A stretch of 64,000 bases of DNA from Giardia intestinalis (lineage: Eukaryota): assembly GCA_000002435.2 (NCBI GenBank), contig CM018790.1. The stretch is one strand, 5' to 3'. The position numbers were made by a program, and so were the translations under genes. A model generated the notes under the pieces. The model made no database searches. It worked only from the letters and a program-made list of their open reading frames with translations, and was not told the DNA's origin. Shown one piece after another: positions 60,027 through 64,000 of the stretch. Each line of letters begins with the position of its first letter. Positions within the stretch are counted from its first letter, which is position 1.

Positions 60027-60785
60027 TTAGTAGCGACGATTACCGGATGAGTGTCTTCCCGCATATCGATCGGATCCATAGCGATCCTCATCTCTGTGGT
60101 AGTCATCGCGGCGGCGACCGCCATAGCCATCATCATTGCGGCTATCGTAGCGATTGCTACTGCGATCCTGCAGCGCCCTGCGCGTATCATATGCACGATC
60201 GTACTCGTCCCACCCGCCGAACAAGGCATTTTGGTGACTTCGGTCGAAAAGCTCGCGCATGGGCATTTTGCTCATTCTGTCGTCGAAGTCCCGAGTGAAG
60301 GAGTCTACCTCGTGCTCCTTGACATCGTAGAGGTCGCGACTCACGTCTTCACGACCCGTTCTGATGTCCCGCTCACGCTTATTCGATATGTACTTGTCGC
60401 CTATTGCTCTCGTATGCGTTTCTACGTCCTTCCCGTTTGAGACTATGCGCTGCTTAACCTCCTTCACGCCCCCGGGGAGCATGCACATACTGGTGCTGCT
60501 GACATAGTGTGTGCCCTCGGGGTCGTGTCGCGCATCCTCGAACATCTTATCCATGTTTCCAAAAATGCTTCGAGTACTCCCAAAGAAATCGTTCATGTGA
60601 TCCATCATTCGCTGGAACGAGGCCATGGGATTGAAGCCAGCGAGGAAGCCAGGCGGATCTCTCTCATCACGTGCGTCGTCATAGCGTCGTTGCGGCCTCT
60701 CACCAGGCCTTGTAACCTCTTCTGGACGACGAACATTGTATCCGTCAGAGGAGTTAGCGTGCTCAATGTTTGGCGTTCTACTCAT
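60027..60785 (-). CDS. Hypothetical protein with Arg/Asp/Tyr-rich (RD/RY-repeat) C-terminal tail
   Basis: 252 aa, ATG at 60783-60785 after the A/T-rich leader caaaaaataaaaATG. The tail reads DRSSNRYDSRNDDGYGGRRRDDYHRDEDRYGSDRYAGRHSSGNRRY. Confidence 0.45.
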   Translation of the reverse strand: MSRTPNIEHANSSDGYNVRRPEEVTRPGERPQRRYDDARDERDPPGFLAGFNPMASFQRMMDHMNDFFGSTRSIFGNMDKMFEDARHDPEGTHYVSSTSMCMLPGGVKEVKQRIVSNGKDVETHTRAIGDKYISNKRERDIRTGREDVSRDLYDVKEHEVDSFTRDFDDRMSKMPMRELFDRSHQNALFGGWDEYDRAYDTRRALQDRSSNRYDSRNDDGYGGRRRDDYHRDEDRYGSDRYAGRHSSGNRRY

Positions 60786-61011
60786 TTTTATTTTTTGCGT
60801 TGCATCATGGTCATCATGATAGGTTAGTATAGTTGATTCGGAATTGATTTAGACCTTCGTAGCATCTACATACATGGCTACAATAAGACTTCCGCTTGTA
60901 AGTAAACGTATGTCAATCACAATCCTCAGCAACCATTCAGAATCAATTTGTCAATCAGACAAATCTTGGGGTATTTACTACTGGGCTACAGGCTTTCGTC
61001 ATCTTTAAGCT

Positions 61012-62589
61012 TCAATTCTTCTGTGGAGGTGCACAGCTTATTATGCTGTCGACCCTTAGTATCTGTTCTGCAGCCTCTGCCGCGTACAGAACTACGTGTT
61101 GCTTACACATGTAGCTCTCTGTGATCCCAGCATGTCTTACGTTCATGACTGTCCCTGTCCTCATGTCGAGACCAAAGTCTGTCTTTCCTGCGTTGTGGAG
61201 GGCCCTGAGCTTTGACACTAGCTCTTCCCCGTCATAGCCTCCATTGTTTGCAATGATCACAGGAATGCTCCGCAGGGCCTTAGCAAACGCCTCCATTGCG
61301 ATGGACACCTTCCCCTGAGTCTTCATGGCCGCCTTTTCAATAGCATTTGCCATCGCGGTCTCTGCACACCCTGCACCAAGGACCACACGAGAATCACGTG
61401 CAGCAGTCTGCGAGAGTACACAGAGTGCATCGTGGAGGGACCTCTCTGCTTCATCGAGAATGTGCATAGAAGCTCCCCTGAGAACGATGGTGGAGCACGT
61501 CTTCTTAAGGAGTCCAGAAAACTTGATGAGACGATCTTCCCCAATAAGGACTTCCTCAACGCTCTCACAAAAGCCTATCTTGACACTATTGGGGGTATCA
61601 AACGTCGAAACAATGTCTGCATTTAAGACCAAGGAGAGTCTGTCAACGCCGTCAAAGTCTGCGTGTTCAATGACCATGATACCCTTCTTGCTAAGGGCTT
61701 GCATGGGCACATCGTAAATAAGCTGTCTGTTGACAAATACATTGATGTCATGGGCTGCAATTTTATCACACTTGGCAATGATCCTTGCCTTTTCAGCTTC
61801 CTCAATCTCAGCAAGCTTTGTATGAGAATCCACGCGAACTCTGCTGCCCAGGATCTTAATCTTGTCAGAGTCCATGGGAGTGTTCGCAACGAGAACCCTT
61901 GCGTTGGATATCTCTTTGGGGCAAGAGAGACCGATGCGCTTGTCGAGGAGGAAGCCATCATCAACATATGAGTCCAGGAGAGTACCACCGGGCTTCTTGA
62001 TGATCTGGATGTTCTTGAGGTTTGTGTCACCCTCCATATTCAAAACACACTTAACAGCCATTTTGGCGAAGTGCTCCTGCACCGATGTCAGTATCTTAGA
62101 GCTAAGTGTTGTGCGTGCGATGTTAAGTAGGTCTGTGTGGAACGCCGCAGCGTCCTGCTTGTGGTCCACAGCAATAGACTCCAGAGCCTTCAAGGCGACA
62201 TCTGTGGCGGCTCGGAAGCCCTCGATGATGGTCATTGGGTGCATGCGCTTGGCAAGCAGCTGCTGGGCCTGGCGGAGAATCTCTCCGGCAAGGACGCAAA
62301 CAGAGGTCGTTCCGTCGCCAACCGTCTCGTCCTGGACGCGAGATATGTCAATGAGGACGCGTGCCGCAGGGTTGTCGACGACCACAGACTTCAGAATCGT
62401 GGCGCCGTCGTTTGTAATGTTCATCCCTCCAGAAACGCTCTGGAGGATCTTGTCCATCCCCTTGGGGCCCATGGTTGTCTTGACCATATCGCTGATTGCA
62501 ATAGCCCCGACCAAGGTTGACAGGCGTGCATCGTCTCCGCGCTCTTGAGAGCCTCCCTCCTTCAGTATGCGTGACGTCGCCTGTTCCAT
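61012..62589 (-). CDS. CCT2: T-complex protein 1 subunit beta (CCT2 / TCP-1 beta chaperonin)
   Basis: 525 aa, collinear with CCT-beta. Matching stretches: LSTLVGAIAISDMVKTTMGPKGMDKIL, NDGATILKSVVVDNPAARVLIDISRVQDETVGDGTTSV, GSRVRVDS, NRQLIYDVP, IEHADFDGVDRLSLV, ILDEAERSLHDALCVL, ITESYMCKQHVVLYAAEAAEQILRVD. ATG at 62587-62589. Confidence 0.9.
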   Translation of the reverse strand: MEQATSRILKEGGSQERGDDARLSTLVGAIAISDMVKTTMGPKGMDKILQSVSGGMNITNDGATILKSVVVDNPAARVLIDISRVQDETVGDGTTSVCVLAGEILRQAQQLLAKRMHPMTIIEGFRAATDVALKALESIAVDHKQDAAAFHTDLLNIARTTLSSKILTSVQEHFAKMAVKCVLNMEGDTNLKNIQIIKKPGGTLLDSYVDDGFLLDKRIGLSCPKEISNARVLVANTPMDSDKIKILGSRVRVDSHTKLAEIEEAEKARIIAKCDKIAAHDINVFVNRQLIYDVPMQALSKKGIMVIEHADFDGVDRLSLVLNADIVSTFDTPNSVKIGFCESVEEVLIGEDRLIKFSGLLKKTCSTIVLRGASMHILDEAERSLHDALCVLSQTAARDSRVVLGAGCAETAMANAIEKAAMKTQGKVSIAMEAFAKALRSIPVIIANNGGYDGEELVSKLRALHNAGKTDFGLDMRTGTVMNVRHAGITESYMCKQHVVLYAAEAAEQILRVDSIISCAPPQKN

Positions 62590-62820
62590 TCTTTTAGCAA
62601 TTTTTAAATTCCTTTCGTCGCTTTCTTCACCACTCGGTGTCTGCTGCCTCTGGATCCAGACCAGAGAGTGTCAGAGTTCAACGTGCTGGACCATGTCTCT
62701 ACCAGCTCCTGTGTTCCGACCTGGACTCAAGCCATCTTTATGTTGTGCCAAATGTCTCTGCAAAGGGTTTCATTTTCAATTAAATTATTCCAATTTGTAC
62801 TGTTCCACGAAAGATATAAC

Positions 62821-63360
62821 ATGCAAGGTACATCGCTGCCAGAGATTGCCGCGTCTTACTACGCAGAATACAAGACAAAGGTAGAGGCGCATGTCAACCT
62901 TACAATCAAATACAAACTGTACCGATGGCTTGGAGCAGCACTTCTGACTCTTCTGTTTCTCCTGAGGATCATAATCAGTCGCAAGTACTTTATGATCACC
63001 TACTTTCTTTATGTTTACATCCTCGTTGCCTTCGTCGCCTTCATCACCCCGTTCGAAGAGGCAGAAGGAGGGCTACCGATAAACGACACAGAGGACAAGG
63101 GTTATCGGCGTAACTTGCCAGAGTTTGACTTTTGGCGGAAGTACACCACTGCGCATCTCATAGCATTTTTCTCGTCTCTCTTTCCATTCATGGACATACC
63201 CGTCTTTGTCCCGGTTCTCGTCTTTTATGCAGCGATTTTAACTGTCTTCATGCTGTACAACGAACTCCAACGTGGTTTCATGCACCAGCTGTCTGTCAAA
63301 GAGACCATCGACAGGTGGTTCAACATGAAGAAGCCGTCTTACATTGCTGGGCACACGTAG
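62821..63360 (+). CDS. RER1: Rer1 family Golgi-to-ER retrieval receptor
   Basis: YKLYRWLGAALLTLLFLLR..., four hydrophobic helices, and the Rer1 signature YRRNLPEFDFW (compare PFIRRLPEFKFW). The ORF-track start at 62668 is GTG. ATG 62821 follows cacgaaagatataacATG and gives a Rer1-typical 179 aa. Confidence 0.8.
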   Translation: MQGTSLPEIAASYYAEYKTKVEAHVNLTIKYKLYRWLGAALLTLLFLLRIIISRKYFMITYFLYVYILVAFVAFITPFEEAEGGLPINDTEDKGYRRNLPEFDFWRKYTTAHLIAFFSSLFPFMDIPVFVPVLVFYAAILTVFMLYNELQRGFMHQLSVKETIDRWFNMKKPSYIAGHT

Positions 63361-63463
63361 TTCTTCTCATAGCGCTTCACGATCCTGTGCGACTGTGCAA
63401 AGTAAATTTTCAAACTGGCATCTATCTGACGACTGCTTCAGAGCATTAGTGGGGCGGAGGTCT

Positions 63464-64000
63464 ATGCATGACAAAGACAGTGCGGAGAATGACGGCTATC
63501 TGTGGATGAACGCCATAGCTAGCGGGCGCTTGGAGCTGGTCGAGGCGTCAATGACCGAGCGCACCTGTCCCATGCCCAGTGGACGCCCCGCCATTATCAG
63601 TGCCGCAGAGGCCGGCAACACCCCTCTCGTTGCACTTCTGTTGTCTCAGGAAAAAGACCTGTGCGACAATGCTGGAAGAACCGCGCTCATGCACGCAGCC
63701 ATTCACAATCATCTAACCACGGCAAAAGAGTTGTTGTCGTTAGCGGGAAGACAGACCAATGACGGCATTTCTGCGCTCATGTACGCTGCCTGGCGCGGCC
63801 ATCTCCAATTGGTTGAGCTCCTTGCGTGCTTCAAGAATGGCGTGGAGCTTGGGCTACAGCGTGCCAACGGCGAAACGGCTCTCATGACTGCCATCCGAAT
63901 GGGACACAAGAGCTGCGCCTTAGTTCTAATAAAGTCCGACAGGGAGCTCAACAAGCAAATGGCTGACGGAACGACAGCCCTGATGTTAGCGAAGACAAGA
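63464..64000 (+). CDS. Ankyrin-repeat protein (21.1 family), 5' portion; runs off the window end
   Basis: ATG at 63464, open frame to the end of the window. Ankyrin repeats: GNTPLVALLLSQEKDL, GRTALMHAAIHNH, GISALMYAAWRGH, GETALMTAIRMGH, GTTALMLA. Confidence 0.6.
   Translation, partial: MHDKDSAENDGYLWMNAIASGRLELVEASMTERTCPMPSGRPAIISAAEAGNTPLVALLLSQEKDLCDNAGRTALMHAAIHNHLTTAKELLSLAGRQTNDGISALMYAAWRGHLQLVELLACFKNGVELGLQRANGETALMTAIRMGHKSCALVLIKSDRELNKQMADGTTALMLAKTR

Noticed and set aside
1-64000. CRISPR arrays, prokaryotic operons or defence systems
   Set aside because: The sequence is eukaryotic (Giardia) nuclear DNA with intronless eukaryotic genes. No direct-repeat/spacer arrays are present.

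Overview
This window reads as nuclear DNA from the diplomonad Giardia (G. lamblia/intestinalis), not a prokaryote. The evidence is the gene content and architecture. There is a high-cysteine membrane protein (HCMP) with CXXC/GGCY modules, several ankyrin 'protein 21.1'-type genes, and two NEK-like pseudokinases. A textbook EF-1alpha has extreme GC3 codon bias. Genes are intronless and tightly packed, with very short A/T-rich leaders directly before each ATG. The six-frame ORF track uses prokaryote-style alternative starts (TTG/GTG/CTG printed as M). I therefore re-anchored each start to the first plausible ATG where they differed: 2141, 7590, 31263, 50766, 62821 and 1163. Recognisable genes include NAC-alpha, a coatomer-gamma-like HEAT protein, EF-1alpha, an HCMP, a 2462-aa multi-ASH/MSP-domain protein (probably flagellar) and an ABCA-type half transporter. 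Also present are a SET2-like methyltransferase, a SAS-6-family protein, ribosomal protein eL19, ESCRT-II Vps25 and a 2612-aa orphan protein. The remainder includes a RING E3, TMA16, kinesin-5, CCT-beta, Rer1 and ankyrin-repeat proteins. The most unusual feature is a ~5.7 kb GC-rich, almost ORF-free block (about 50960-56730) in an otherwise compact genome. It contains a single ~0.8 kb ORF with near-100% GC3 codons and Myb/SANT-like features, plus Arg-rich antisense shadow ORFs. I found no CRISPR arrays, rRNA genes, tRNA genes or intact mobile elements. Protein identifications rest on motif recall from the translated sequences, not on database searches.
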